64,000 bases of DNA from NCBI GenBank assembly GCA_036867785.1, contig CP145417.1:682001-746000 (forward strand), read 5' to 3'. The first letter of the stretch is position 1. Each line of letters begins with the position of its first letter. This document shows, piece after piece, positions 11,103 to 25,073 of the stretch. The position numbers and the translations under genes are program-made. The notes below the pieces were generated by a model. It had not been told where the DNA came from. It was given only the letters and a program-made list of their open reading frames with translations, and did no database searches. Source of the stretch: Plasmodiophora brassicae. Lineage: Eukaryota.

Positions 11103-12860
11103 CTACTGTACACTGTTATCCGCCTTTATGTCGGACGAGGCTTGCTGTGCGCGTCGCCTACGGTAGTGCACAGCGAACGCCGCAGCAATGATCAACGCAA
11201 CGGCAACGGACGGCCAGAAGTCTTCGACGATGCTGGACGCAACCAGTGCCGCGGATGCGGTCGCCGACACGACCGGGACGAGCGGGTACCATGGCACCCG
11301 GAACTGGCCCGGTGATCCCGGCCCTCTTCGTAGCCTGATCAACGCCAGCGCGGCCAGTCCTGCATAGAACCACCCTGCGACGCCGGCGTAGTCGATCCTA
11401 GAACGCGTGAACCCCAGTGTCAGCCCACGTTCGTATCAGCCGGTCCACTGGTGCGGCGGCGAACAATTCGGCGACGTTGCTCCCAGCGACGACGAGGATA
11501 CAGGACCAGGCCGTTATAGCCAGAACCGCATTCGACGGCGTACCGGCGTCGTTGACGTATGCGAACCATTCTGTGTCGACGTATCATCAGCGTCGGGTGA
11601 TACACCAGAGCGGGAATCGCTCGGCTACCGAAGAACAAGCCGTCGCGGCCAGCGGCGAAGACAACTCGTGAGGCGCTGAAGATGGTCGAATGGGCAGCGC
11701 CCATCGTCGTCATCGCGACCATAACGGACAGCACGTCGGCGAACGTGTGCCCACCAACGATCAACGCGAAATCGTATCCAACAGATTTGGAGTTGGACAG
11801 GACGGATGCGGGCAATGTGATCAGGAAGCTCAGGTTGGCCAGCAGATAGACGACGAGCACGACGACCATTCCAGCAACCTGCACACTTGAACGCCTTAGC
11901 CACTGGACGAGTCTGTTTCGCGCGACAACAACGATATACGATGCCGACGGGAAGGTCGCGTTGTGGGGTGGCGAACTCTTCGGAGAGGGAGCAGACCGAG
12001 TTGAAGCCGCTATACGAGAACAGGCAGGCGATGAGGCCCAGTGCGAAGGTCGACGGGTTCGTGCCAGCAAAGCAGTGCTGGGACGAACCGAGTGCTGACA
12101 GGTTCCTGACTCCAGGTGAAGCGAATAGCGCTCCAGCAGCGACGACCACCACGGCACATAGTTTGAAGACGACCATGACCATCTGGATCATTGCCGACTT
12201 GGCGCTGGCCTGAACGTTAACGGCGCCCAGAACGATGATCAGGGAGACAGCAGCGGCCTGCACCGCCCATCGCGTCTGCACGCCGAACACTGCCAACAGG
12301 TACCTGGCGAAGACGGTGGACTCGATCGCAACCGATCCCGGGGCCAGCACCATAAACAAGACGAACACGAACGTAAACTGGGTTGCAATCAGTCGATGGA
12401 TCCAGTGCAAATGCGTTTGCTGCCGCTTACGGCGACATCACTGTTGAAGGCTTTCTGGAAATAGGCCGATTCGGCACCTGCGTCGACCTGTCCAGTGCCC
12501 TGGGCGCACAACGTCAACAAGGTCGAGCCCTACAATGAAAGATACCGACCAGTTCTGCATAGCATAGAGCACCGAGCAAGCTGATGATGCCGGCGAGAAC
12601 CCATGCAACAATGGCACCGCATGGGCTCCCAGTCTGAACGTACACTAGGCCTGGCGTGACGAATATACCACTGCCTGGGTCCAAGTCAGCTTGGGAATCC
12701 TTCCAGGTTCCTATGGGCATGGCCAACCTATGATGTTGCTGATTACCATTGCGAATGCATCGCGAGCGGTCAGGTGCCCGGCAAGGCGTTGCTTCACGTT
12801 GCCGGCTTCCGTCTGCAGAGGCACGCGCTCCAGGATGGCGTCGTCGCCATTACTACTCAT
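11103..12860 (-). CDS. APC-superfamily (LAT-type) amino acid permease, multi-exon
   Basis: NIIG|SGIFVTPG, WVLAGIISLLGALCYAEL|GT, LFSYSGFN, EEFATPQRDLP and SRVVFAAGRDG; GT-AG introns. Confidence 0.9.
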
Positions 12861-13695
12861 TGACAGCAACGGTCACAGTTAGGATCTAGGTGCAACCACC
12901 CACCCAACCCTGAAGGCGATACCGTACCAACAAGTTCCAAAGAATGGCGCCAGGTGCCGCCCATGTTTGAGCACTGTAGACCGGACCGCCCAACTAGGCC
13001 ACGTCGACGGCACGTGGCAATGCTCAATCAGCTAGCGAAACACGGGCATTGCAGATATTGTGCTCATTGCTAACGTCGTTTTCCCTGCCGGCTCTAGGCG
13101 CCACAATCCTGCCAGGTTGATCACCAAACGTACTCGCTGTCCTTCATTTAGCCTCCCGACGGCGAACGCCTTTCGACACGAAGAAATGACATCCGGTCGA
13201 ACAAGAAGGGCACCGCCGCTGCCATCGCTATCGGCTCCAGATTCGATCGGTGACGGCGATTCTCGACGGTGGTAGGGCGTTCCTCAAATGGCGCATGGGT
13301 TGGACGAGGCGAAACGACGGCGGCAAGTGCACAGAGAGGCGTACGAAACCGCCGAAAGGCGGGACGATGACCTGGAGACGAGCTTGCAGGCAGTGGCCCG
13401 CAGTAGCAAAGAGCAACGAACAGCCCAGATAGAGCTAGCGGGTCAGAAGAGAAGACCATCGTTCTGTGGTCACCCGTGCACGTCTTGGGAACGACGGTGA
13501 ATGGCGTACATGCGCCGGGAGTGAGTTTGACGTCCACGGCCTCCCCTTGTCGTCTGCCAATGACAATACAAGCGAGTAGCCGTACAGCGCGGTAAGACCA
13601 TGACGTCAGCGACCACACGACAGAGCACGGTGACACTAAACGAATACTGTATTTCTGCAATTCTAACGGTTTGAAGTATTGAGCGAACGCCAGAA

Positions 13696-15527
13696 TCAGA
13701 TGTCGACGACCGCGAACGCCCGGGGCTTATAATATGGACCCTGTGCCAGAAACATCAGAGGGAATAAGTCAGATGTAGACGCACGGTACCTGATGGACGT
13801 ATTCATGAATCTGCTTCGCAAGGCGATCGTTGGTCGACGACGTCAAATGAGGGCTCGTGGAGATCACTTGTAGGAGAGCAAATTTCCACTCGTTGGCCTT
13901 TGCGTCAATCTCAATGTTACGGTCAAGGAGTTGTTCAGGCAGGACAGGCGTCGCGAGAATGGCACGAAGTCCCCAAGGCGACTTTGCTAGCTCGGAGAGA
14001 AACCGGTAGCAGGCGATGCGCAGGTCTGCAGAGCAGTGTTAGCGACTGACAGTTACTTCAGTAAACAATCTGATACCAGTTTCAATATTCGTCGACAACA
14101 CCCTCACTCGTGACATAAAACTGGGAAGAGTTGAGTTGTCATCGCGAGCGGACCGCGACCCCATCAGAATTGCGCGCCGAACTGGATCAACAACATCCAT
14201 TTGCCTCGAGTCGTATACGCTACCGAAGACAGTCGCGAGACCATGCATCGTTGAAATGTGCAGTTCGTTCGTCGACAGGTTCTCCTGATAGACAACGCGG
14301 ACGACGCGAAACAGAAGATCGTTGTCTGTCTCGGTCACCATCGCTAAGCCGACAAAGCACTTAGCAACGACACAAATTGCTCCAATTGCCCCTGCCTGGA
14401 CATCCATGATGTCATTCGATAGGCACCTATCAACGCATTTAGTTCAGTTCGCTGTCGACGCGCGCCCAATTACCTTTCCAGTAAACATTTGACATCGCCG
14501 TTCTCCATCCAAGCAAAGTCGTTATGTTGAATGGAGCGATCAACAATGTCCTGGATGGTACCAAGGGCACCCGTCGTCAGGAAGACGTCCGGACCTGGTG
14601 GGGCAAACTGGAAAAACAAGCTGGCGAGGTGCGCCTCATTGGTTAAGTACGTCAGGCCAAGCGACGACTTTGCAATTTCGTTCAGGACCTCGAATGCCGA
14701 CATTCGCAACAAGATATCGTCATTCTCGGATTGCACCAACTTGACGGTAGCGTGAAGTAGTCCACTATAACGATACGTTTCGAACGCTGCGGGAGACAGA
14801 GCACCAACGCGAGCCGCGAGAGTGAGGACTCGAATCAGTACCGTGCCCTGTGAGTTGGCAACCTGAGCGATCTCGTCATAGGACGAGAAGAAGCGGGAAC
14901 CGTCAGGTCCAGCAGCCTGCAGAAGAATGTCGGAGACTGCCTCCGATATCGACGACAACGGGTCAGCCAGAACGCTCATCAAGGTGCGATACATGTCAGG
15001 CTGTGAAATCAACTGCATGAACGTGCCCTCAGGTAGATCGGACGCCAACAGGAACCTCAGTTCTCCAGCAGTCGTTTGACGGACGAATTCGTTGGAATGC
15101 CGTAAACCTGATGCAGAATAAGAACCCGTGCACAGTCATTTAGCAAACAAAGGTGGCAGACCTTGGATAAGGGCCGGGCCGACAGCAGGGAACTGGACCA
15201 ATGCGCGACGGCCTCGCTCCGTGTTTAGGACCAACCTCAACGACCTCGCAACATCTTCTCGCAGGTACTCGTCAAGCTCCTCGGCCGAGAGCACCGTCAG
15301 CAGCGTCTAGCGGCTACATCTCAGCACAGGCAGCCCCATCAGCCGCGACACGGCAACCGACTAACTGCAAAGCCGCCGGCCGTCCTCAGAAACTCGTCGA
15401 CGAGATACGGCCTCGCGTCGACGATGGTCTGCGGCGTCGCGCTGAACTCCTGCACGGCGACCTGGAACGTCTCGAACGACACGGCCCCGGCGTCGTCCTC
15501 CTCCTCCCCGGCCCCACTCCCATCCAT
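13696..15527 (-). CDS. PSMD5: 26S proteasome assembly chaperone S5b/PSMD5 (Hsm3), multi-exon
   Basis: HEAT-like protein with DDILLRMSAFEVLNEIA..GLTYL, DLRIACYRFLSELAKSPWG, LLDRNIE..KANEWKF and terminal GPYYKP, as in PSMD5. Confidence 0.8.
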
Positions 15528-15639
15528 CGGGCTACCGACTCCCACCCAGGCAATTGCAAAATGACCGCTGCGCACGTTTCGAACGCGGGACAGAATGGGG
15601 GGTGCATTCCTCGGTAACGTGTGCCCCCGACAGCGGTGG

Positions 15640-16838
15640 TCAGGTCTCGAAGGCCTGGTCGAAGGCGGCAGTCGAGTGGCCTTCGACGACCCGAGAGACG
15701 GGGATCGTGAACGGCAGGCCGGCATCCTGGATGTACTGGTTGGCGACCTGGAAGCACTTGGTGCCGTCATGGGTGGCGTTCTTGCCGACGTAGACGAACA
15801 GGCTGGTTCCGGCCAGGTCGACCAGGAAGACGGCATCTGAGGTCAGCATCGATTTCCTCAGGGTGCCTTTGGCAACCTCAGTGAGCTTCAGAGACCCGTC
15901 TGCGCTGGACAGGCGGAGCAGCTTCTTCTCAGTGCCCGAGACAGCGTCGTCGGATCCGCCTTCATCAGCAGACTTCACTGGACCGTATCCGCCGATGACG
16001 TTCCAGAAGGCGTCGTTCTTCTCCGTGCCATCCAATACGGTGACTTTGGGCTTGCTGGAACGAGAATCGCGAATATAAGAGCAGACTTCGTTGGCCTTGC
16101 GTTTCTCGAAGACGCCTGCTTTCGTTCCATTCCATTGGAAGATGGACAGTCCGTTATCTAACCATACAATCAGGAGCGATGCTGACGAAAACTTGTTGGA
16201 CTCACCAAGAATGAAGACATCGCCATCGTTCAGGGAATCGCGGGAGAGCTTGACCTGCATGACAGCAACGTTCTTCCGTTTGCCTTTGACCTGCATCAGA
16301 CGCGGTTTGTATTCAGTCGGCTTCTGGTGGTGGAATGCGCTGTCGATGCCGCCTTGTGCAGTGATGAACGCAGGTTTGAACAGTTTCAGGAATTCATCGG
16401 ATTCGCTGCCCTGGACTTCACGGAACTGGATCGGCAGGCCGCCCAGCACAGTGTCGAGCTCCACAGTCTTGTACGCCGCCGTCCCCGCTTCATCCTGCGT
16501 CGTGTGCTGCCCGAGCCAGAAGTGCACGTTGTTTGCGATCTTGTCGCCTTTCATATAGGTGTGCAGGACGATGTAAGAATCGCCATCATAGAATGCCGCG
16601 TACTGCTCAGGCGACATTTTCCTAACGCCAAAGTTCTCGATACGCCAAACCTCCAGACCAGGAGTCTTTCCAGCACCAGCAAACTGTCATCACAAAGTCA
16701 GCACAGCGAACGATGGCTGCTGCGACGACGACCGACCTGGGCCTCCGTCGCTGCGGCCGTCTTCCGAACTTCCTGTGCCAAATCGGAGTTCAACAGGGAA
16801 ATGTTGCTCTCCTCAAACTTCGCCTGGTTGGCCGGCAT
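15640..16838 (-). CDS. gelsolin/severin/fragmin-type three-domain actin-severing protein
   Basis: GLEVWRIENF, FYDGDSYIVLHTY, HFWLGQHTTQDEAGTAAYKTVELD, REVQGSES and SLNDGDVFIL; two GT-AG introns. Confidence 0.93.
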
Positions 16839-17154
16839 CGTTAGTCGTTCGCACTTGAAGGTCGTCGACCAGACCAAACAAAAATATGAGGTCGCGCCGG
16901 CTGTCGAGGCCCCACTGGCCCTGCCCCACCCCAGAGGCCAGAGCCTGGATGTCCTCCGACGGGGCCGGGGCCGGCGCCGTGGGCCCCAACTGACAGGGGG
17001 TCCCAAACCGGCGAATATGGCGTTACCCGTGCCACGCGTCGTTACGTTCACTACGTGGATCAACTGCGACGATGTCGGACTGGGACGATCAGCTTCGCCA
17101 ACGGTAACACTGGTATCTTATATTGGGTCTTACGACACGAATCGCATCGTCGCG

Positions 17155-18505
17155 CTATGTAGCGGATGCTACCGCCGCCTCTTGTGATGCAGCTTGACGC
17201 TTCTGGTCGAGAACCTTCGAAAGAAAGAACTCACCTGCCCTGTACGACGACCGGACAAGCGGCCCCGAAGCCACATAGAGGAACCCGAGCGCCTCTCCTG
17301 ACACAACACAACGTCACCGAACCATGCACTTCAACGGAACGCGATGAAACCTTCTTGCCGGAACTGCTCGAACTTCTCGGGAGTCACGTACGAATGGACC
17401 TAGCACATTTTCTGAATCCGAACATCCAAACATAGATTCGTTTCGTTCAACCTTCATGTGTCGTCGGGTAGGCCGGAGGTATTGCCCTAGCGTTAGCACG
17501 GATACCCCCGCAGCCAGGAGGTCCCGCATCGATTGCCGTACATCCTCGTCAGTTTCACCGACGCCCAGCATGATTGACGATTTTGTAATCAGTTCTGGAA
17601 CCGACTGCACATTCACATTAATACTGGCGCCGCAGAACAAACTGGTCGACATCCGACCTTCTTGGCATGTTCAAGAACAGCCAGGCTCTGCCGATAATTG
17701 GCCCGATGGTCGCGCACATACGGCGAGCACGCCTCCACTGTTTCAATGTTGTGAGCGAACACATCAAGCCCCGACTTGGCAACATGTTCAACGCGATCCG
17801 CAACCCCGCTGAAATCTGGCGTTAGGCATTCAACGTGGGGCGGAGCTGACGAGTCCTTCAACAATCTAATCGTCCTGGCGATGTGATCCGCACCCTACAG
17901 GAATCAGTCGTTGCTACTCATGACGGATACAGCGCGTACCTGATCTGGAAGGTCATCTCGATCAACGGATGTCAGGACAACATAATCAAGTCCCCAACTA
18001 TGGATCGCTTTCGCTACCTTCTCAGGTTCCAGTGGGTCCAACGCAGGAGGCGCTCTTGACGTTTTCACTGAGCAGAACCGACAACCTCTCGTACATGTAT
18101 CGCCTAGAGGGTCCAGTAAGACTCCCTATTTCCTAACTTATGTGGCAGGCGAGCAAGGCGCACCCATAAGCATGATTGTTGCCGTTGCTGTGCCCTTCTT
18201 TCCTAACGATGTACGTCAGGATGTGGCCCGCGATATCATGCCGGAGGAGTACCTCCCCAGCATTCGCCGATATTCGGGCATCGCGCCTCCTGGCAGACGG
18301 TCGCCAATCCGAGGTCGGTGACGGTATCCCGCAAGCGACGGTAATTCTCGCTGTCGGCCGGCTCGACCTTGAGCCACGTCGGCTTCGGTTCACGTGCGCG
18401 CCGGATAAACGTCTTTAGACCGGGCCCATCGGGCAGCGGGACCGCCCGCGACGACAAGCGGCGCGCGCCACGCTCCGCCACCGCGCTTCGCAACAAACCC
18501 CACAT
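17155..18505 (-). CDS. LIAS: mitochondrial lipoyl synthase (radical SAM), multi-exon
   Basis: [64 protein letters not shown] and [16 protein letters not shown]-terminus resembles a transit peptide. Confidence 0.95.
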
Positions 18506-18988
18506 TGCCGGCTCCACTCAAGCGCAAAGCGCCGCTACCGACGCGCCGAATCTATTTTTCGGGTCCAGACAACGCGGCCATGATCCCCAGTGTAGGTACT
18601 TATACGACTGTACGGAACTGACGCCATGCGAAGTCCCTGTGTCGCCCGCTGCGTTCCAAGTCACACGCGTTTGGCGGGTCTGAACTCCGTTCCGAACGCC
18701 GACCCGCGCTAGTGTGACGGGTTGTGGCAGCGCGACAAGTATACAACGTCCACCAGAGTTGGACATCCGGAGTGAAGCGGGTTTCCCGAGCTCAACCACG
18801 AGGGGACAGGGAAAGACAGTGAGCGAGAGCGCGCGCGAGGGAGGAAGAGCGAGAGGGTATGTATTGCCGGCTCTACGCATTTGTCCACCGGATCGAAGGC
18901 GCTCGTCAGTAGGTAGCCTGTGGCCACGGATTGTCTCTGAGATCCGCCGTCCCGACCGCCCGTCCGCGAGGTTGTTGTGAGCCTCGCC

Positions 18989-19332
18989 ATGTGGTCCAAG
19001 ATCACCCAGCGCCTACCGTACTTCAACCTCGCCATCGGGTCAACTGCGTTCCTGTTCCAGCTCGGTTCGTGCGGCCGCACGTGGTCCCTAGGCGCAATGC
19101 TGACCTGGTCGTGTGGGCAGGCGTTCTGTACCCATGGCACCAGGAACTCGATACCGAGTTTTACAAATTGCGCGCTGACATTGACGTCAAGCTGCAGCGC
19201 TACCATGAGCTGAAGCTGCAGAAGCTGGAATCGTTGCAGTCCCTGATCGCACACGAGACTGCCAAGGTCGACGCGAACAAACTCGGGGAGCGTGCACCCG
19301 CCGCCGAAGTGAAGCCAGAGAAAGGACATTGA
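18989..19332 (+). CDS. small single-TM coiled-coil protein, 2 exons
   Basis: Spliced NLAIGSTAFLFQL|GVLYPWHQELDTEF resembles a conserved uncharacterised fungal-type family (FQvfVLYPWH motif). Confidence 0.7.
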
Positions 19333-19462
19333 CCAACTTCTAAGTTTTCGACTTGCGTCCCGGGACGAAATAAAGCCTGACGAACTGTTCTGAAGCCCAA
19401 TGGATTTTGAACCGTACTCTGTATTATGTGTTAGGGAAATAGGAACGAACAAGGCCGAACGG

Positions 19463-19807
19463 TCAAGGCGTTTGGGACGGACACGGGTGGCCACCACTCC
19501 CGCTGTCGATAGCGCCCAGCGCATTGGCCGGGGCAGTGAACGACTTCCACAGGTCGAAATCATCATCAGCGTCAAACCTGCCCAGTCTCGGCTTGACCCG
19601 CTTAGGTTCAACCCGGCAGCGACAAATCACGAACCCGGCCACCATGATGGCGGCCATCATCAGCGCGCCAAGAGCCATGTACGCCACAGGATGCCACCCA
19701 GGAAACAGATCGTCGCCATCCCTCGCAGGCAACCATGCGGAACACGAGTGCACACCGGTTGTCGCAACCAGTAAGATACAGGAGGATCGCGAGCTGCTAG
19801 AGATCAT
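19463..19807 (-). CDS. hypothetical small single-pass membrane protein
   Basis: Weak signal-like N-terminus and a TM segment AYMALGALMMAAIMVAGFVIC followed by basic residues. Confidence 0.5.
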   Translation of the reverse strand: MISSSSRSSCILLVATTGVHSCSAWLPARDGDDLFPGWHPVAYMALGALMMAAIMVAGFVICRCRVEPKRVKPRLGRFDADDDFDLWKSFTAPANALGAIDSGSGGHPCPSQTP

Positions 19808-20045
19808 GGTGCTGCCAACACGCCAACACCGAACGACGGTGGACTGGCGGTCCGCTAGTGGTCAAGATTCCAAATCGGGCACCGTCCCGTGCGTTGCGCA
19901 GTCTTTATTTTCGGCTGACCCCGGTATATCCAGGACCAGCGCTCGATTGGACCCCACGCCGGACAGTCGTATTATCGGTTCCGTGCACAGCAACGATGGC
20001 TGGAGCGCTGTCAGTCACAACAGCGCCGGAATGTCAGTGTCAGCG

Positions 20046-22497
20046 ATGACTGTTATCAATGGCGATGTCCTGCAGCGGCGGCTGAAGAACGCCGAAGGCA
20101 GTAACCTTGTCAGCTTCGCAGACAGCTATTTACGAGATCAAGGTGAGTTGTGAGCCGCGCGTTGATGAACCGAAAGAGCGCTGAACGAAAATGGCCAGGC
20201 TGCGAGACTGTTTGCAGGTTCGTGGAACAACAGGCCAGCGTTACTGAGCTGGACCTGCGCGGAAATGATATCCACGAGAGCGGTGCCAACGCAATTGCCA
20301 AACTACTCCGGCTAAACACGACAATCAGAAAGTAATGGCACCGTTAACGACTAGGAAATTTCACCTCGGTGACGTACGAGATAGGTTGAACGTCCAATGG
20401 AACTTTCTGGGAGAATCACATGGCCTGCATGCCATTATGGAAGCCCTGGCGACCAACCGAACGCTCATCAAGGTACGTATTGGCTTAGACAGTGAAACCG
20501 TCGCTGATGAACGATACAGCTGGATCTGAGGAACAATAAGTTGGACGGTAAAGGTGCCAGGTCTGTTGCAGGAATGCTAGCCAGAAACGCCACCCTTCGT
20601 CAGCTCGGTCGGAAACATTCCTGTCGCATGCGAAAGCGCGAATGCTAACATTTCGTCCCCATCAGATCTGCGTTGGAATGCACTGGGAGAGGAAGGTGGT
20701 CGAGCAATATGCCAGGCTTTGCAAGGCAACCATGTCCTTCATGAATGCCAAGTCACTGGCAACAATGTTCCCATGGAAATATGTCAAGGAATCACAGACC
20801 TCCTCGCCCGTAACAAAGCTGGCAGGGTGCCATCATCCGTGCGACGCCCCGTCGAGTCAGCGATATCCAGACCGCCCGGAAAGCCGGGTCTTAACGAAAT
20901 GTTCCAGTTCTCTCAGAACAAGATTGACGCGCTGAAAGCGGAAAATGCTGACTTCGCCCAGGAGATCACCAATTTGAAGGCACAGCTGGCAATGCGGCAG
21001 AACCTGGAACAAGAGCTTCATTGCCAGCGCGTCCAGTTTGAAGCAGCAGAGCGGGACTGGCAGACCCGGACCGATATGAAATCGGTCGAACTGGCGAATC
21101 TGGAGCAGTCGCACGCTGAGGTCAACCTGAAACTTCAGGCGGCTTTGTCCGAGCTCAAGGACCTAACTGATAGGGTTACTCCGACATGCATCGGGTGATT
21201 GTATGGCGGTATTGACGATAGCGAGTGCAGGTGGAGACGATTAAGGCCGAATCGGGTCGACGCGAACGAATGGACGCAGAGATGCGATCCGCCCTGCAGA
21301 AGGACAATTTAGAACTATCGGCACAGATCGACAGGGAGCGGTCCGCCGCCCTGGAATTCACGCAGAGGTTGCAAGCCAGCCTCGACAGTGAAACGAAACG
21401 TCGCGCGCTGGAGAGCGAGGCAACCGCCCAACGTCAGCAGGTAACTTGGCTGGTTGAAAGTTGCCAGCTAGGCCTCTGACAAACATCGTGTATTAAGGAG
21501 GAAGCGGAAAGGTTCGCTGCCGAACTGAAAACGCTCAAGGAGGACCATCAACAGCAGTTGTCGGCGTCTGCTGCAAAGATCAAACAGCTGGAAGCCGACT
21601 TGGACGCGAAGACGTCCGAGCTAGCCGCCGTGAAACAAGGCACCGTCCAGCAGACGTACGAGCTGGAGGAGAAGTACCACCAGATGGAGCGTCGTCTGCG
21701 GGAAGACTACCAGAAGGAGCAAGACTCGAAGGTGGTCGCTATGGAGAACCGCATCGTTCAACTACAGATCTCGCGCGATCAGTTGGAGGCTCGTAGCGCG
21801 GCGCACGAGTCGGACGCCAACCGGTACCGGGAAGCGCTCGACAATGAGAAGATACGCGCCGAGCATGCGATCCAAATGGAGCAGTCCAGTCGCATGCAGC
21901 TGGAAGGCAGTGCAAAGGCTGCTGCCTCTGAACTCAAGCGCAAGGATGCACAGGTCAGCGAATCCTGGCTTATGTGAACGACGAACTCACCCCGATAGAC
22001 AGATTGCCGAGCTCGAAACCCAAGCTGTACGCCTGCGGGATGAAGGCAGGCAGCACAGGTCGCAGCTCGAGTCGGACCTACAGATCAGCGAGGCGTCCAG
22101 ACGTCGGGAAGTTCGCGATCTCACCGATCGCTTGTCTGAGCGCGACGACCAAATCGAGGCAATTCGGACGCAACTTCGCAAAGTAGAGAACGCGAACCGC
22201 TTGCTGAAAGAGGATCGCAGCCGACGGGAGATGAAAGTCAAGACCGCCATGACCGGCTTACGCCAAGCCCTCGACTATGAGGTGGCATCTTTCGCCGATG
22301 ATGCCGAAGACGATGACAACGACAACGACAAAGGCATTAGACGGGCCGGCCGACGATCGCGATCGGCGAATCGCCACAAAAGCCTCTGCGTCGTTAACAA
22401 GGACGCCAAACCCGACCCGTCGTCATTATCGAAGACCGACCTCGACGGTCCTGGACCTGCCATCAAACGCGATCCGGTCAAGACCGGTCGCGAATGA
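20046..22497 (+). CDS. LRRC45-like RI-type LRR plus coiled-coil protein, multi-exon
   Basis: LDLRGNDI, LNVQWNFLG, LDLRNNKL, LDLRWNALG and TGNNVP repeats followed by a long coiled coil. Start 20031 or 20046. Confidence 0.8.
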
Positions 22498-22639
22498 AAC
22501 AGGAACTTAACTGTCGCCCACACCGCCTGCCTGCCCCACCGGAATTCAATGCGTGACTGCGCGCACCTATTTTGGTGCCACTACTGGTGGTGTTACGGGT
22601 GCGGCAGTCGTGACCGTTTAGCTGCCCTCAGTCGCGCAA

Positions 22640-25000
22640 ATGTTATCCGGCGATGACGAGCACGGCCGACTGTCGCCGCTGCTGGCGTTCGACAGCGAGC
22701 AGCTCGTCGCCACGTCGCATCGTCAATGGGCGGCGGTGCAGAACCTCGACACGTTCTTCCAGAAGATAAGTCGTCGCCCGTGGTCGGTGCTGCTGGCGAT
22801 CCGTCTGACGTGCATGCGTGCACATTTATGAGTATTTTGAAGAAAGGGGGTTCTGGAGAATGACCCTGTCCCGAATTGTGAGCCTGCTGACATTGTCGTT
22901 CACCATTCTGTTCTCGACGTTCCTGCTGCTGTACGTGGATTGGAACGAAGTCCTCAACTGCCACACCAGGCGGTCGTGTGCGAAGATCATTGGCATTCGG
23001 CAAGATGCGCTGAAGAAGTATGGGGTTTACGCGATGTCACTGTTGAGTAACTAACACGTTTCATAGCGTTAGCTTTGGCGACGCGGTTGTCATAGCCTAT
23101 TTCGTCGTGTTTTCCCTCTACTGGCTCTGGAACTTAACCAGCTTTCTGTACGGGCTTCGGGACGGATTCGAAATGAGGGCGTTCTACAACACAAAACTCA
23201 ACATCACTGACGTGAGCGGCGTGACGATTGTAGCGACGCAGTGCAACGTTCTGATGGTTGCACGTCAGGACGCCCTTCAGACAATGGAATGGGCCGACAT
23301 TGTGACCCGCCTCGAGCAGCTACAAAGATCCTTCAAAATATCAATCATCAAGGACCACGATGCTCTCGGTAGGCGTACCGTGAGTTCGTAAGCGAACATC
23401 CCTGACACCCAGTCATGCTAGACATATCGAACCGTATTCTAAGGAGAGATAACTACTTCATCGGTACGTACACGTCTGCGGTCATCTGCTCGTTCGGCCA
23501 GCGATTGATTGTTGCACTCTCCAGCGATGGTGAATTGTAATATTCTAGACTTATCTATCCCGTTCCTGACGAAAGAGCTGCATGTCCCACCGATCCTGGG
23601 GAAATCGCTCGAGTGGAACATTCGCTTCTGCGTGCTCAACTCCATGTTTCACGACGAAACGTTTACGATCCCGGAATCGTTCTTTCGCGAGCCGGAACGC
23701 CTGCGACGATTACTGGTTCGCATGGCCTGCGCGAACCTCATCCTGATGCCGTTTATCCTCATCTTCATGATCATATTCTTCTTCCTGAAGAACGCTGAGG
23801 AACTGCACAGCAGGAGGTCGTACCTGGGCCCTCGTCAGTGGTCCTCGTTGGCCCAGTGGATGTTCCGCGAGTTCAACGAAGTGCCTCACGTTTTCAAGGC
23901 GCGTCTGAACGCGTCCCATGAGGACGCCTTGGCGTACATTAGCCAGTTTCCTCCAGGAGCGATATCGATTCTGGCGCAATTCGTTGCGTACGTGTCGGGG
24001 GCGATCATCGCGGTCCTCCTTCTCCTAACTGCCAGCGACACTGCGCTTGTGATGGACATTCAGATCCTGGGCCATTCGCTGGTGTACTATTTGGTGGCAT
24101 TCACTGCACTGCTCGCTGCATCGAGATCCCTTGTTGCGACGCGCCGGCCGAACCAGGACTTTGGCGTGCTGATGTCCAATGTGTTTCGGCACACACATTA
24201 CATGTCAACGCTGTGGCAGGAACAGCCTCAGTCGTCTATTGTTCGGAGAGAGTTCTCCCGGCTGTACCCCTTCAAGGTCATCGCATTCCTTCAGGTAGCT
24301 GGCAGAGTCAGCGGTGGGGCCCTGCCGTCAAGCCGGTCTGATCGTTCACCTGCAGGAAGTGCTGTGCGTGCTCACCACGCCGTTGGTGCTCGGTGTCACT
24401 CTACCAGCAACGGTGGATCGCGTCATTGGGTTCGTTCAGCAGCACACGGTCCGGTTGCCGGGCGTGGGCGACGTTTGCGACTTTGCGACCTACGATTTCT
24501 CCATGTTCAGCGAGACCCGCGCCAGGTCCAGTGACACCGCTGCCAACATAGGTCGGCATTGCTCGACGTGTGTGGACGGATGAATGTGGGATTTGCTAAC
24601 GGCTGGTGTCGTTGTTGCTACAGCGGGCTCCATTCGCAAGGTGGAAAAGTCCCTCGTGTCGTTCTCGATGACCCACCCGTCGTGGTGCCCCAATCGACGA
24701 TGCGTCGAACTGCTGTCCGAGCTGGCAGACCAGGCAGAACCGTTGCAACAGGAACCCGAGCCGTCTCAAGGGCGGACGGATGCTGCTGCGTTGGATTCGC
24801 CGAGGCATCATCAGCACGTGCCCCTGTCCCCGGACGCCAGCGACCTCTCCGAGAGCACACGAGCACTGGCGCTGAACGTCAGCCAGATCGTGTTCTCCGG
24901 GCCCTCCTCCATGTCCCACCGCCTGGACATGCAAGCGGCCATGATGCGGTCCATTGTCCGGACAGATCGGGAAGACGACGCGACCCGGAGCGTCGTCTAG
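22640..25000 (+). CDS. ATG9: autophagy protein ATG9 (lipid scramblase), multi-exon
   Basis: NLDTFFQK|IYEYFEERGF, RILRRDNYFIA, KSLEWNI, GPRQWSSLAQWMFREFNEVPH, GVGDVCDFA and KVEKSLVSF..HPSW. Confidence 0.95.
22766..22823 (+). other. predicted AT-AC intron (58 nt) in ATG9
   Basis: AAG|ATAAGT...CTGAC...TGCAC|ATTTATGAG. Removing it restores the frame and the conserved ATG9 motif. Confidence 0.8.
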
Positions 25001-25073
25001 ATCCACACCAGCTACGACAGTAAAACGCACGTTGAACATGCCGCTGTATGACTAACAGCTCGTGACGGCCCGA

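Noticed and set aside
12900-13690. Possible gene or TE fragment in the long gap between the permease and PSMD5
   Set aside because: Only a short coiled-coil-like frame (13288-13500); no motif or convincing gene structure.
22766-22823. U12-type assignment for the AT-AC intron
   Set aside because: Lacks the ATATCCTT donor and TCCTTAAC branch consensus.
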